Positions 48,718 through 60,638 of a DNA stretch of 64,000 nucleotides are shown in pieces. Within the stretch, counting starts at the first letter, position 1. The number at the start of each line of letters is the position of its first letter. The position numbers and the translations under genes are program-made. This DNA comes from Amoebidium appalachense (lineage: Eukaryota > Protista > Ichthyosporea), in NCBI GenBank assembly GCA_963693365.1, contig CAVNZM010000007.1, positions 7,747,962 through 7,811,961 on the forward strand, given 5' to 3'. Under the pieces are notes generated by a model. The model saw only the letters and a program-made list of their open reading frames with translations. It did not search any database and was not told the origin of the DNA.

Positions 48718-48900
48718 TGTGTGCGCGTGTGTGTTTGGTATATATGGTGTGTAAGTTCCATTCAAGCAAACACGCAACGATGCACGTGTCTGCCTGTGCG
48801 ACGGTGTGCATGCGGCATCCATGCCGCATCTCTCTGAAGCCTATTGTGTTCATGTGCGGGTGCATGCGTGTGGTGGTGGTGGTGTATGTGTGTGTGTGTC

Positions 48901-48931
<31 letters not shown>

Positions 48932-49122
48932 ATAAATAACTCAGCCGCTTAGCGTTTCAGCATCATTCAGGTCTACCACACGGCCAATCAAATGGCTTGC
49001 ATGCGATTAGAGATGCCAATCGAATCGTCCCCTTCCAAATGTGCTCCAATCAAATTGATACATGATACCGCTAAATTAATTCAAATGATCATATGTAACT
49101 AAGCCACGAGAGGCAATGTGTA

Positions 49123-49164
<42 letters not shown>

Positions 49165-49366
49165 GGGGGGGGGGGGAGGGGGAAGGGGGGGGGGGGGAGG
49201 GGAGGGAGGGGGGGGGAGGGGAGGGGCGAATCATGATGCCGAAATGTTTTTACACCTAGACGTTCTCTTTTCTAAAAAAAAGAGGGGAAAAAAAAACAAA
49301 CTTGACTGATACTTTCTGTAGGGAGAACGCCTGGCTGTAGTGCCACTGGTGGTTGTTCATGGGGAA

Positions 49367-49398
<32 letters not shown>

Positions 49399-50283
49399 GC
49401 TGGGAGGGGGGGGGAGAGGGGGGGGGGGGGGAAGAGGAAGGGATGATCACGGTGGTCGGGTGGTGATGTTGGTGAAAGAGTGGGGAGGCCAGACGGAGAG
49501 ACGGGGGGAGGGGGAGGGGGAGGGAAGGGGGGGGGGGGGGGTACGGAATAGGAGGTTACACGGATGGACGGGGAGGAGGGTTGGCTGGCGTTTATTTGCT
49601 TTTATAAAGGTAGAATTAGCAAGAGTTGGTTGTTGAAGGTGATTGCAGCATCCTTGCGTGATATCTTTGTCTCATGTGTGTGTGCCAGTGAGATGTATGT
49701 TTGTGATCGTGTTTTTTTTTGTGTGTGCATGTGTGCGTGTGTGTATGGTGGTGGTGGCGGCTGTGTGTCACGGTGGTGGTGGGTGGGTGGGTGGGTGGGT
49801 GGCTTGGGGGGGAGGGGGGGGGAGGGGGGGGGGGGGGGGGGGATGTTAAGGGCGGGGTAGGGGGATCCGGGGTGGGGGGTGGGGGGAGGGGGGAGGGGGG
49901 GAGGGGGGAATTCATAAAATCTAAAAGAGGGGGCAACTTGCATGGGTGTGTGAAACTACACAAACGAAACTTTCGTCAAATTGCACTCTTCTTTTAGGAA
50001 CACGTACGGTATCTGGTTCGTTTATGTTGCAAGGCAACAATGCCACGAGATCTAGAGCAAAAGATAAAAAGATCAATATGTGCGACAAATGAGCATGGAG
50101 AGATGCATGCATGGCCAGCGGCTGCCCACTGTGAGGATAAAAGCACGTTGGAGGTCGACGAACGTGGTTGTCCCAGTGTCTTGTGGATAGTAGGTAGACA
50201 AACTAGGTGCTGTCGGTGGGCTATGGTTGTTGTTGTTGGTGGTGGTGGTGGTGGCGTGTGTGCGTGCGTGTGCGTGCGTGTGC

Positions 50284-50318
<35 letters not shown>

Positions 50319-51261
50319 TTTTTGAGGAGGAGGGGAGGGGCCGGGGGGGGGGGAGGCAAGAGATGCACAAAATGGTGGCCGTCACTCGGGGGACGTGTGG
50401 ATCGTCCCCGGGAATCAACCACTTTGGCAGAAATCGAAGGCAAGGAAAATCCCTCAGTCAACGTTCCAAGTTTGGTGGCTAATAACTAGAATCAGCCAAG
50501 TCGGTAAACAACGAGAACTTTTATTTATAAAAACTTTTTAACAACAATCGACCAGGTTGGGTAAACAAAGAGAGTATTCTGCTAGGTTTTGGGTAATCGT
50601 AAACGTCTAAGTTTGGGCCAACAACAACAACAAGAGGAAAAAACTTCTTTGCATGCAACGAGAGTAAGTTGATAGATGCTACACATGTTTTGCAATACAT
50701 AACATCTGACAGTACGAACACAAGAGTTGGGATTCAATTGGTGCAGAGACACGAGGAATAACCTTATTCAGTAATATCGGTCAACGACTACTCTCCTCAG
50801 GAGTTCTTCGACACTACAAATTATTTACATAATTATTTCATTGCGTTACAACCCTCACAAAACAGCATTATGCATAAAAGAATAGAATATAGGGTTTACC
50901 TTACCACCCTATCAGTTAGTATTTTGGCAACAAGAAGCAGTTAGGCTAAGTTGTGCTCTGCACTATGAAACATTCGTGGATTAACATTCGGCTCCCAAAA
51001 GGGAAGCACACACAGCCGCTTTGAATCAACCGTCGGTGTCAAAACGGAAACATGCATATCAGCATGTCTAAACTCTTCTCTTTCTAAAATAGCTATTTCA
51101 CAAAAAAGCAACGACCATTCCATACACTTAACGGAGTTACGAGGTAGGAACGAACGCTTACCTACTCTAGCAAATACATACAAAACTTTCGTACCTTCTA
51201 TAACATTCCAAATTATTAAGCATCAACCACGACCAGCATAGTAAACACGTTGAACACGTCA

Positions 51262-52125
51262 TCATGGGCTCGGAGACTGGCTGCATGAGTCCACCTGTGA
51301 CTTGCTGTCCCTCCGTTCCTTTGTCTGTTTTGCATTTGGGCACGTCCGTCTGTTGTGGCCCACACTAAAACAGTTGCCACACATGTAGTGTGTGTTCTTT
51401 TTCTGCGTGTTGCTGGTCGGGACACCCAAGGGGGCAATAGGAGGCGACCCCATACTAGCAGAGGGGGTTGAGAGGCTCTCAAACGATGTTGCTGAACTAC
51501 CGGAGGTGTTCGTTTGGCCTAGGGTGTAGGGGCCTCGTGATGTCCGGGAGTATGGCATGGGGCGGTAGAGGTGTCCGACAGGCAAGGAGTTCCGGCGGTG
51601 CATGCGTTCCTTACAGTACATATCAACATCGCCCACAGAGTAGGTGCGTGAGATGCGCGGTGCCGACTGCATAGAATAAGAGTCCATGCCACAACCACAG
51701 CCCGAGTAGCAAGGGCCCTGGGGAATGGGCGGCGGGCAAGCGTAACATCCTGGCACCGTACATACGGACATGGGTGGTGGGGGGCCGTAAGAGGAATACC
51801 CGCTATGGTAGCTCGACCCGTGCATCGAATGAGGAGGCATCATGGCACCGGGGTGTTGGTTGTGCATGTATGAAGGGTGAGCAAGTGCACTTTTGTCAGA
51901 CTCGGATGATGCCATGGGTGATGCACTCAGCTGGTACAAGATCTCATCGTAAAGCCCAAACACGTTTTGCCCATCCAAGACCTCGGGTGTGCTCAGGGCA
52001 GAGCTAGCAATATCAAATACTTCGGGGCTGTTTGTTTCAGAAAAAAGGAGTGACCCGATAATATCATCGTTGGTGGGTACTTCGCCCAGACCCATGCTGG
52101 GTCCGGATGCCACTGCACACATCAT
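51262..52125 (-). CDS. Intronless 287-aa protein with a C-terminal CCHC zinc knuckle (transcription-factor-like layout)
   Basis: CGNCFSVGHNRRTC is C-x2-C-x4-H-x4-C with basic flanks; the N-terminus is acidic and Ser/Pro-rich. Confidence 0.75.
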   Translation of the reverse strand: MMCAVASGPSMGLGEVPTNDDIIGSLLFSETNSPEVFDIASSALSTPEVLDGQNVFGLYDEILYQLSASPMASSESDKSALAHPSYMHNQHPGAMMPPHSMHGSSYHSGYSSYGPPPPMSVCTVPGCYACPPPIPQGPCYSGCGCGMDSYSMQSAPRISRTYSVGDVDMYCKERMHRRNSLPVGHLYRPMPYSRTSRGPYTLGQTNTSGSSATSFESLSTPSASMGSPPIAPLGVPTSNTQKKNTHYMCGNCFSVGHNRRTCPNAKQTKERRDSKSQVDSCSQSPSP

Positions 52126-52196
52126 TTTGCTAAGCGGCCAGATTGAGTTGAAAGTGTGTTGGGATTGTCAGAATGGTCGGACAGTAGGCAGCTAGT

Positions 52197-52203
52197 TATA
52201 TAA
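52197..52203 (-). promoter_or_regulatory. Candidate TATA box for the zinc-knuckle gene
   Basis: TATATAA on the minus strand about 70 bp upstream of the ATG at 52125. Confidence 0.35.
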
Positions 52204-53210
52204 AATGTTTATTGGGCGCATACGAGCGGCCGTCCTTTGGCGTTGTTAGAAACAGCACCTATTCAACCAACACGTGTGGCAGGTGTGGACGTCAGTTTTC
52301 GAAAATGTGGATGCTGTAGGTGCTTAGTGGCGTGATAATATACTCAACAGAGTCTTGCAAACGGGAGAAACAGTTTTTATCAAACGCCATGTTCTCAGTG
52401 GTCAGGGACGATTTCATTGGTTCCTACTATGCTATTGCAATAGTGATCAGATTTTGAACATTAACAAATGGCGTTATTTATGCAGCAAAAGCTGTATTAC
52501 TAACATATAATGCTTAATACAAATATGTTGCAGCTGTAAAGACAAATAAAGACGACTTTGGAGGGCTTTAATTAGAAATGTTCTATTGTTACATCAAAGG
52601 AATGCCACATAGCATAGTGATAAGCGTTCCTATTAGCTGGATGTCATTAATTTATTTGACCAGCTTGAGGTATGCACCTATTTAGATACTTCCATCGTGC
52701 GTTCCATCTGTGGAAATAAATAACAGTTGTGCAGGATATCGATTAGCGGCACCCTCCGTATCCTCGGCACGCAAAATGGCCATTTTTGCAGTGACTTCCC
52801 ACTTCGGTGCACGAACAACAAACAAAGCCTGGGATCATGCTCACCTGCAGATGGTCCGTGGGGGTCCCTGGGGGAATGCCACTGGCTCGAGTCCACGATT
52901 CCAAGGACAATCTTTGATCATGTAGAACATGGCAATTCCCACAGTGATCATGACTCAGTTGTGATGTAATTGTAACAGTCATCTACAGTATTGAACTTTG
53001 ATGAATAAACTATAAATATCAACTATGTTACGTACTGTGTGTGAGCAAAGGAAAACCAGGAAAACCATAGCAATTACAGATGATTCAAATTTGTAGAGGA
53101 ATATTGATCTGCCGGCCGTCAGCTTAAGCTTGGCAGCGCCATGGCACCATAGTACCGTGAATTCGAAGCATCTGTCACTGCGGCATGCCCATCTATCTAC
53201 AATTGACAAG

Positions 53211-53540
53211 GGCCGTTGTGCATGCTAATCATAAATGATATTAGTAGTACTAATGAGTCAGTAGTAGATCATGCAAGCTGCCACATACGGGTGTATTGCA
53301 TGCGCTTGGTGTGTACGGATGAAGAAGCTTCTTCTTCGAATTCAAGATTTTGCAAAACTTAACTTGTTTCGTTTCGGTGCTCGCTCGAGCAATGTGTCAC
53401 TTGCGCACATATATTGCGGAAGTGACATATGCTTCATATAATGCTTGTGTGTTTCAGAGTGTAGTAAACAGCTCAGACCCAAATTATATGCAAGTATATG
53501 TATGTACACTCATTGATATAATCATCATGCACGCCAGGCC
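53211..53540. mobile_element. Possible degenerate MITE
   Basis: Imperfect inverted ends GGCCGTTGTGCATGCTAAT versus reverse complement GGCCTGGCGTGCATGATGAT, plus an internal palindrome near 53392-53431. No clear TSD. Confidence 0.3.
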
Positions 53541-54221
53541 TGTATAGCGGCTGCAACTGTGTTATCAAGTGGTCATGTGGACGATGTAAATCCCCGCTGA
53601 GCTTTTCACATTTCGTGTGGCTGAGGCGGCCGCGGCGCGGATTTCGAGTCGTACTCCAGGGCTCGGGGCCGTGCCTTCGAATTCGTCGACGTCGGCGGCC
53701 GAAACGAATTCATGAGTAAAGAAGTCTTGGGCACCCGGCTTGCTCTGAAGATGCACAAGGACGTATACAGACGTATCATTACAAGATGTAATAACAATAA
53801 TATCGTGCGCCTGCATTTGTGTGTTACGCATTACCATATAGCTGCAAAAACAGAAAAGGTGCAGAGTCTGAGTGCTCCAACAGTCGGACACGTGTCGCCG
53901 TGGCCCAAGTGCCCCACGTGCACACACTCCCAATTCGCCACTTAGATGCCCATTGGCCACCGATTTATGACAAGAATGTACCATGTATGGCAATAACTGG
54001 CGGGAAAGCCAATAGGAAGAGGCTAAGAATCTTGAAAAACATTCCAAAGGATAATTTAGCGAATCCATGCGTGCAATCAAGTCACTCCAATTTATGCTCT
54101 GGTATGCGAGCATCCTCACATGAGTTATGGTGCTTAGCGTCTAGACGAACCACAAAAGAAAGAAGCTTTCTTTCAAAATTGTAGTCAGCCCCCCTATCAT
54201 GTCCCGTGAGTGAGTGAGTGA

Positions 54222-54573
54222 GGGTTTACACACTTTTTATTGCGTGGACACTGCCGGAGGCCCAGCCACATTCGACGGCCTACTGCGTTTTCCAGCACAG
54301 CCAATCAAATGCAGCCAGTGACATATGTACATGCTATAGGCAACAATGAGCGCCATCGTAGTATCTGACACCCCTATTACATATTATGGGTAAGCAGAGG
54401 CTAGCATCGGTAGCTCCGAAAGAAAGTTAAGGCACCGGATCACAATATCATACTGTGCAGCATTAATAAGGTGATCTAGGATAGTCATCTTAAAACGGAT
54501 GTGAGTGAGGAGTAGGCCTTCGAGTGTGGCGGGGCCGCCGACAGTGTCCACGCAATAAATAGTGTGTAAACTC
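54222..54573. mobile_element. MITE with ~60-bp imperfect TIRs, same family as 24104-24644
   Basis: GGGTTTACACACTTTTTATTGCGTGGACACTGCCGGAGGCCCAGCCACATTCGACGGCCTACT ... AGTAGGCCTTCGAGTGTGGCGGGGCCGCCGACAGTGTCCACGCAATAAATAGTGTGTAAACTC. Confidence 0.85.
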
Positions 54574-54794
54574 CCAGGAGTACTAGTGAGTGAATGTGTG
54601 AATTAATGTGTCAGTGAGTGAGTGAATGAGAGTGTTGACGGTGAAATGCGTGAGCGAGGGAGTGAGTGAAAGTTACTCGCGGCTAGTGAGCTCAATGAGT
54701 GAGCGAGCTAGAGTGAGCGAGGGTGCGTGCGTGATCTATAGCATACGGTCACTTGGGTGTACACATGTGGCTGTCTATGCGTGTCCACGCACGT

Positions 54795-54884
<90 letters not shown>

Positions 54885-54952
54885 CCCGGCCTTTGTTGTA
54901 GTTTGTCACAGTGGGGTAAAGTTGATGTATGTGTATGCTATGCAACGAAACT

Positions 54953-55086
54953 AACAGACACCCAGAAAGATAGCCTACCTGTAAATTACAACATCCTTGA
55001 TTTTATACTAAACACGCGTAACTACGACCTGTTTATTAGATGTATTGATTGGCTTGAGAAACACATCACTACAAAATTATAGCGCA

Positions 55087-55155
<69 letters not shown>

Positions 55156-55187
55156 CCAGCTGATACCGAGTGTCCCGAGGGGAGCCC

Positions 55188-55233
<46 letters not shown>

Positions 55234-55431
55234 GGGGAACCCCAACTAATTGATTTCTCCTTGTAGTCTTTATGGTGTCTCGTAGAGAAAGTAAACCCTG
55301 ATATATAGTCACCACCCGACATCTATGTACGTGATCATGATATACCGCTGAGGGGATATTCCGAGCAAAACCCCCCCCCCCATACCTGAGACTGGTTCTC
55401 TTTGCCTCGAGTAAACAGCGTAAACCCCCAC
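54953..55431 (+). repeat. Direct repeat copy A: LINE ORF end + (CA)n + A-tract + ~200-nt extension
   Basis: Highly similar to 60410-60913. Encodes TDTQKDSLPVNYNILDFILNTRNYDLFIRCIDWLEKHITTKL*, then (CA)n, an A-run and cggggaacccc...taaacccccac. Confidence 0.9.
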
Positions 55432-57290
55432 CCTTATATATATGCGCCTATCATAATCTGCACAAGCCAGACCAGATTCGCATCTCGTACTAGATACATG
55501 CACTAACTTAATTTATTTCGGATGATTTAATAGATCTCGGTGATTATGCTGGTGGTGGTAGGAAGGAATATCCCGATGCTCTCTTGTTACCAAACACCAC
55601 ACCCGCTAGACTAGGTGAGCCCCTCTGCTTGCGCCGGCTTGCTAGTATGAATCGATTTGGCCCCCCTGCTCGTATTATTGGTGATACCACTGGAGACCCC
55701 CTCATAGACTCTGATAAGTATTTCTCGGAACTGTTTAAAGATAGGACCCCCGTTCAGAAACATATTGTGTGGCCTGTAGACCCATCTACCCCCATAGAAT
55801 CGATCATCCCCTTTTCAGTCCCGATACCATATGGTCTGTGATATCTAGTTATAGCTCTAGTAAGTCTTGTGGACCTCATGGACTTCCTGCTGGGTTTCTT
55901 AAAATCCTTGTTCCCTCCTACCCACAAAAGGAAAGTGATCGTGCTATTAAACCTGATCTTACTATTATGTTAAGCTCTCTCTTTTCTTGGTGTGTTAAAT
56001 GTGGACATGTCCCGTCATCTTGGTTAGATACCTTAGTGATCCCCATAGTTAAGAAGGACTCTGAGGGCCCCATATCATCTTTTCGCCCCATCACACTAAC
56101 CCAGGTTGTTCGTAGAATCTATTGCAGGGTTCATTGCTTAGCCCCTTTTTGTTTAACCTATTCATAGATGATTTGGCTGTCAAGATTAAATATTTATGCC
56201 GAATATGATGACCCTATTACTAGTTTAGTAAATTTCCGCCTGCACTTCTCTATGCTGATGATCTGTCCCTCCTTGCCCGCACCCCTAGACGCCTGCAAAG
56301 ATTGTTCGATGTAGTGTCAGAGTGGTGCAAGGCAAACCTTATGATCCTTAACATAGACAAATGTGGTGTTCTTGTACCTGATATAGCTAACAATTTACAC
56401 ACATTTACATTATCATCTAAACCTGTACCTATAGTTCCAGAATACAAATATCTTAATGTTCCGGTTAATTCTGTTGGTGTTATGTTTTCCCATGTGGTCG
56501 AAAAGAGGGTAGAGCTGGCTCGTAAGCGGTTAGCTTTCTTCTCGGCTAATATTTTTAAAGACACACCCCTCCATCCTTCTATTAGACTTACATTTATTCG
56601 CACCTTTGTCTTCCCGGCATGTGAATATGGTTTACCCCTTCTCGCCGCTTGGATCAAGAAAGAGAGAACTAGAGCGCTTAAACCCTTGGCAAATTTCCTT
56701 GAAGCAGAAGTTGCCTCCTTTCTATCTAACAACTGTTGTAAACCTGGGCCTGTAACGCTCTCGATATATGGTCTGGTCCTAATAGCTGCTAGAGTATCCC
56801 ATCCCGCGCTGAAATTCAATAAGCACATAAGCCGCTTAAAGAAGTATTTGCCCTCCCACCCTCTCTTCTCTATCCGACCTATCCCCTCCTCCCCTCTCCC
56901 CTCTTTCCTTCCCTCTCTCTCTCCTTTTCCCCCGGGCACAAATGCAAATAAACCCCGCAAAAGTGTGTGTGTGACTTTGGACTGCCACACATGTACACAA
57001 TCACCGGATAATTACGCAATATAACAAATGGAAAAAGATACCACACAACACCAGACCCGATGAAAGCATACACCTTGAAAAACTAAGCCTTATGTCACGT
57101 TTTATAGTATAATGACCGCCTTAACCATATTGCCAAATATGGCACTCGCAATTGTGTAACACCTAAATACATATTACCTTCCTGTAGAATTGGTCTTTCT
57201 CTAGCTGATGGTATTATTGATCACATACCACGCTTTTACTGTACACGTGCTATACAGTGGAGATCTAAAACTTATTGATGCATCCGAAAT
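55432..57290 (+). mobile_element. Degenerate non-LTR (LINE) retrotransposon: reverse transcriptase with deletions, stops and frameshifts
   Basis: RT motifs KSCGPHG, VPSSW...VIPIVKK...FRPITL, QGSLLSPFLFNLFIDDL, LLYADDL, LNIDKC, YKYL, EYGL and AIQWR. A possible AP-endonuclease remnant (DDLIDLGDY) lies near 55520. Confidence 0.9.
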
Positions 57291-57299
57291 GTACTCTGA

Positions 57300-60051
57300 T
57301 CGGAGAACTTAGCGGCCATAAGTACTCTGACCGCAGTACTTTAGGAATGCTTGTTTCGGAAGGATACCGCGAGCTATTGGGGCCCAGGAGCCCGCTTTTT
57401 TTTGTACAGCCAGTAAGAAAACATAAGTTTACACCTTTTTTGTCTTTGGTACGGTAACTAACAAGGCCTTCCCTAGCTTTTATTGGTTGCCGACGCTGTT
57501 GCAAGTTTTTGAATTCATGCTCGACAACAACATGATTCAGATCAAACGGACGAAACTTGCTGAGTCCGCGAACACAACAAGCCATGGGTTTCATGTGAAA
57601 GATGAGCGCCCAACATGGCCGAAACATTAGACCCAATAGAGCCACTTTATTCTGGAGCTCGTGTCTGTTGTTTTGCATACATATTTGACGGGGTTCAGGG
57701 GGAAGATTTCACAGATGACACCACACGTTGGTCTTACAAGAAGTTCGGCCTGAGTTGGGACACACAAATACTGGTTGGCACAGTAGTGAAACGATGCAAG
57801 ACAAACGAAGGCAGTGAATGGAAAGTAAAGTTTGATTTTGACGGTACCACAGAAGTAGTTCTGCGCCATCAGCTAACTTTAATAGATGAAGAAGACAGTG
57901 AACACACAAGTAGCGAGCTAGAGAGTGATAGTGACGAAGATCCAGATGGAGACATCCAACAAGTAGAGATTCCTGTCACAGACAGTGAGAATGAAGATGA
58001 GATAGAACTTGTAGATGAACAAGTAGAGTTACCTACCCCCACCGACCCCACGTGCACCTTGCAATGGACCATTCCAGATGAGCAAGTACTTGACAAAAGA
58101 ACAGGCCCACGCAGAAAACCAACCATTCCACTAGCACTAAACAAGCGCAAGAGTGTTCTGTGTTTGTTTGAACACTTCATGCCTATGGAGTATCTCTTCA
58201 CAGCAGTCATTCCACTCACAAACGAAGTAGGTCGTGCACGTTACAAAAATTGGGTTGACTTAACCCCGGGTGAGCTACTTAGGTGGTTGGGTATGTGGAT
58301 TTACATGGCTGGAACATTTGAACCCGGCTCGAGATCGAACTACTGGACGTCGGCAGCAGAGAACCCAAGCCGCATATTTCCCGTACAGGACTTTGCCCGC
58401 TTCATGACCGAACACCGGTTCGAAAACATCCGTGCCTGCTTTACCGTCACCGACATCACTCAATATCCGGAGGATGATCCACTGAAAGACACACGCGGTT
58501 TCATGGAAGCACTGCAGAGTCGGTGCCGTTGCTCTATCGAGCCCGGGGATGAATTATGCGAAGACGAGGCCATCTTTGCCAGCTATCATTGCAACCTTCC
58601 GTGCCAAATCTACATAAAACGAAAACCCCACCCTCTCGGTCAAGAAATAAAAACTCTACACGACTGTGTAACCAACATACTCATTAACTTCGAAATGAAC
58701 GAGGGGAAGCTTAGGATGGCTAGCAAACCGTACCGACAGTTGGGAGCTGGAACAGGCACCACCTTGCGTCTTCTAACCCCATGGGCCAACCCCACCCACC
58801 GTAACCCCAGAACGATCGTCGGAGACAGCTGGTTTGGGTCAGTAACCGGGACAAGGGAAGTGTACAAAATCGGATTCTACGCACTTTTCAATGTCAAAAC
58901 CGCAACCAGAGACTTTCCCCTCAACATGTTGGACCTTCTATGTGAGGAAGGACGTGGTGTATGGTCGGAGGCAGTGTGCAGTGTGGACGGAGTAGACCTC
59001 GTTGCGGTGTTATGGAGAAACAAGAACTACAGTATGAAAGTGATCACCTCATGTTCAAGTACTCAGCCGGGTCAACCGAGAAAATCACGAAACGGAAATG
59101 ACGTCCCCCAACCGAAAGCAGTCGAAGAATACTTCGAAAACTACAACATGGCCGATATATTCAACAAAACACGAATGTTAAACGGCTCTGTGGACGAAGC
59201 CTTGGGCACTAAACGTCACCAACTCCGCACCTTTGGGGGGCTTCTGGGGTTTGTAGTAGCAAACGTACACTTTGCATACAGATACTTTGGCAAATCCACA
59301 AACACGAGCATGGACACAAGGCGTGAGCTAGCAGAAGCACTCATATGCAACCCCCACCTGCCTGCACTAGAATACCCCCTTCCCCCTGCTGCTCCTGCCC
59401 CCCATGCTCTACACGGACACCAGCGTGCCAGAAAAGAAAGAAAAGGTAGATGCGTTCTCTGCTTTAGGAACAAAGGGGAACGCCACCAGACACATACCTA
59501 CTGCATCAAGTGTAATGTGTTTCTCTGCAATGATCAAACACGTGCATGCTTCGAAAACCACATCACATATGGTGTTCCTCCATGCACACGCACCCAAGTC
59601 AACACAAACACAGGCCCGGTACGATCACGCAGAAACACTACACGTTAAAGTACCTTCTGCCCACTGGTCAGTTTCTGTATATTGCGCAACACTCATTTGT
59701 CGTTTTCGGATTAGGTGTGATTTGTTTGGTTTTTATTCGTTTCTTCGAAACTGTTTGTGGTAACTAGATGCTAAAAGGGTTATTTGAAGTGTGTGTACCG
59801 AAAAAAACGAATTTGAAAGCTGATGTCAATGTTTCTCAAACGAAAAAATGCACCTGTGGTGCAAAAGCAACAACGTGAACGTTTAAAGTATGCATCTTTG
59901 GCACGCATTTGTAACAAGTTTGACGTTTTTCTTGGCTCAGGCCTATGGCCTCCCGGTGCCAGAACCCGTAAAGTGCAAAATAAGCCATACCAACAAGCAT
60001 TCCGAGAAATTATTGTAGTCATGGGGTGCGCAAACACTACAAAGTTCTCCG
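57300..60051 (+). mobile_element. piggyBac-like transposon (boundaries approximate)
   Basis: Imperfect inverted repeats around the transposase: CGGAGAACTT...GGAATGCTTGTT (57301-57355) versus AACAAGCATTCC...AAGTTCTCCG (59992-60051). No TTAA/CCC termini found. Confidence 0.55.
57615..59648 (+). CDS. Intact piggyBac-like DDD transposase (677 aa) with a C-terminal Cys-rich domain
   Basis: Motifs ELLRWLG...YW, MTEHRFENIR, CEDEAIF (D1), IKRKPHPLG, VGDSWFGSV (D2), YNMADIFN (D3) and CVLC...THTYCIKCNVFLC...CFENH. There is an acidic N-terminal tract and the ORF is uninterrupted. Confidence 0.93.
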   Translation: MAETLDPIEPLYSGARVCCFAYIFDGVQGEDFTDDTTRWSYKKFGLSWDTQILVGTVVKRCKTNEGSEWKVKFDFDGTTEVVLRHQLTLIDEEDSEHTSSELESDSDEDPDGDIQQVEIPVTDSENEDEIELVDEQVELPTPTDPTCTLQWTIPDEQVLDKRTGPRRKPTIPLALNKRKSVLCLFEHFMPMEYLFTAVIPLTNEVGRARYKNWVDLTPGELLRWLGMWIYMAGTFEPGSRSNYWTSAAENPSRIFPVQDFARFMTEHRFENIRACFTVTDITQYPEDDPLKDTRGFMEALQSRCRCSIEPGDELCEDEAIFASYHCNLPCQIYIKRKPHPLGQEIKTLHDCVTNILINFEMNEGKLRMASKPYRQLGAGTGTTLRLLTPWANPTHRNPRTIVGDSWFGSVTGTREVYKIGFYALFNVKTATRDFPLNMLDLLCEEGRGVWSEAVCSVDGVDLVAVLWRNKNYSMKVITSCSSTQPGQPRKSRNGNDVPQPKAVEEYFENYNMADIFNKTRMLNGSVDEALGTKRHQLRTFGGLLGFVVANVHFAYRYFGKSTNTSMDTRRELAEALICNPHLPALEYPLPPAAPAPHALHGHQRARKERKGRCVLCFRNKGERHQTHTYCIKCNVFLCNDQTRACFENHITYGVPPCTRTQVNTNTGPVRSRRNTTR

Positions 60052-60314
60052 TAAATTGATGCTCAAAATCGTTGAATGCCTACCATTACTTACTAAGCCA
60101 CTACCCCGCCAAGAATTTTTCTACGGTTTTTTTGTGATGTGCTTGTTCCCTGTCACGTTAGGGTAAAATGGTGAGAAAAAGAGAGTAACACGTGCAAAAC
60201 TGACCCTGCGCCAGGCGTTTTCATATGATGACGTCATACAGTACTCTGGTTGGAGCGTTTATCGATTCAGGTCGGATAGACTTCTTTTATATAAGGTGGC
60301 ATCGTTTGCATGCC

Positions 60315-60543
60315 CAAACAACACACACACACCAGTTTAAACGGTCATGTATCGCCAAATGTAGTTTGATAGACCACATAATACCGCAACACACACACGT
60401 CACATTCACAACAGACACCCAGAAAGATAGCCTACCTGAGAATTACAACATCCTTAATTTTATACTAAACACGCGTAACTACGACCTGTTTATTGGATGT
60501 ATTTATTGGTTTGAGAAACACATCATTACAAAATTCTAGCGCG

Positions 60544-60638
<95 letters not shown>

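Noticed and set aside
53565-54119. 184-aa minus-strand ORF
   Set aside because: No motif or convincing coding signature; lies between transposon remnants and is probably spurious.
55155-55260. Possible hammerhead ribozyme at the direct-repeat junction (CTGATAC...GGGGAACCCC)
   Set aside because: The core deviates from CUGANGA...GAAA...UH and I could not build stems I-III; a covariance-model search would be needed.
55429-60299. CACC(C)TTATATA at 55429 and TATATAAGGTG at 60288-60298 as TIRs of one large element
   Set aside because: Short, AT-rich, imperfect match with no TSD; likely chance.
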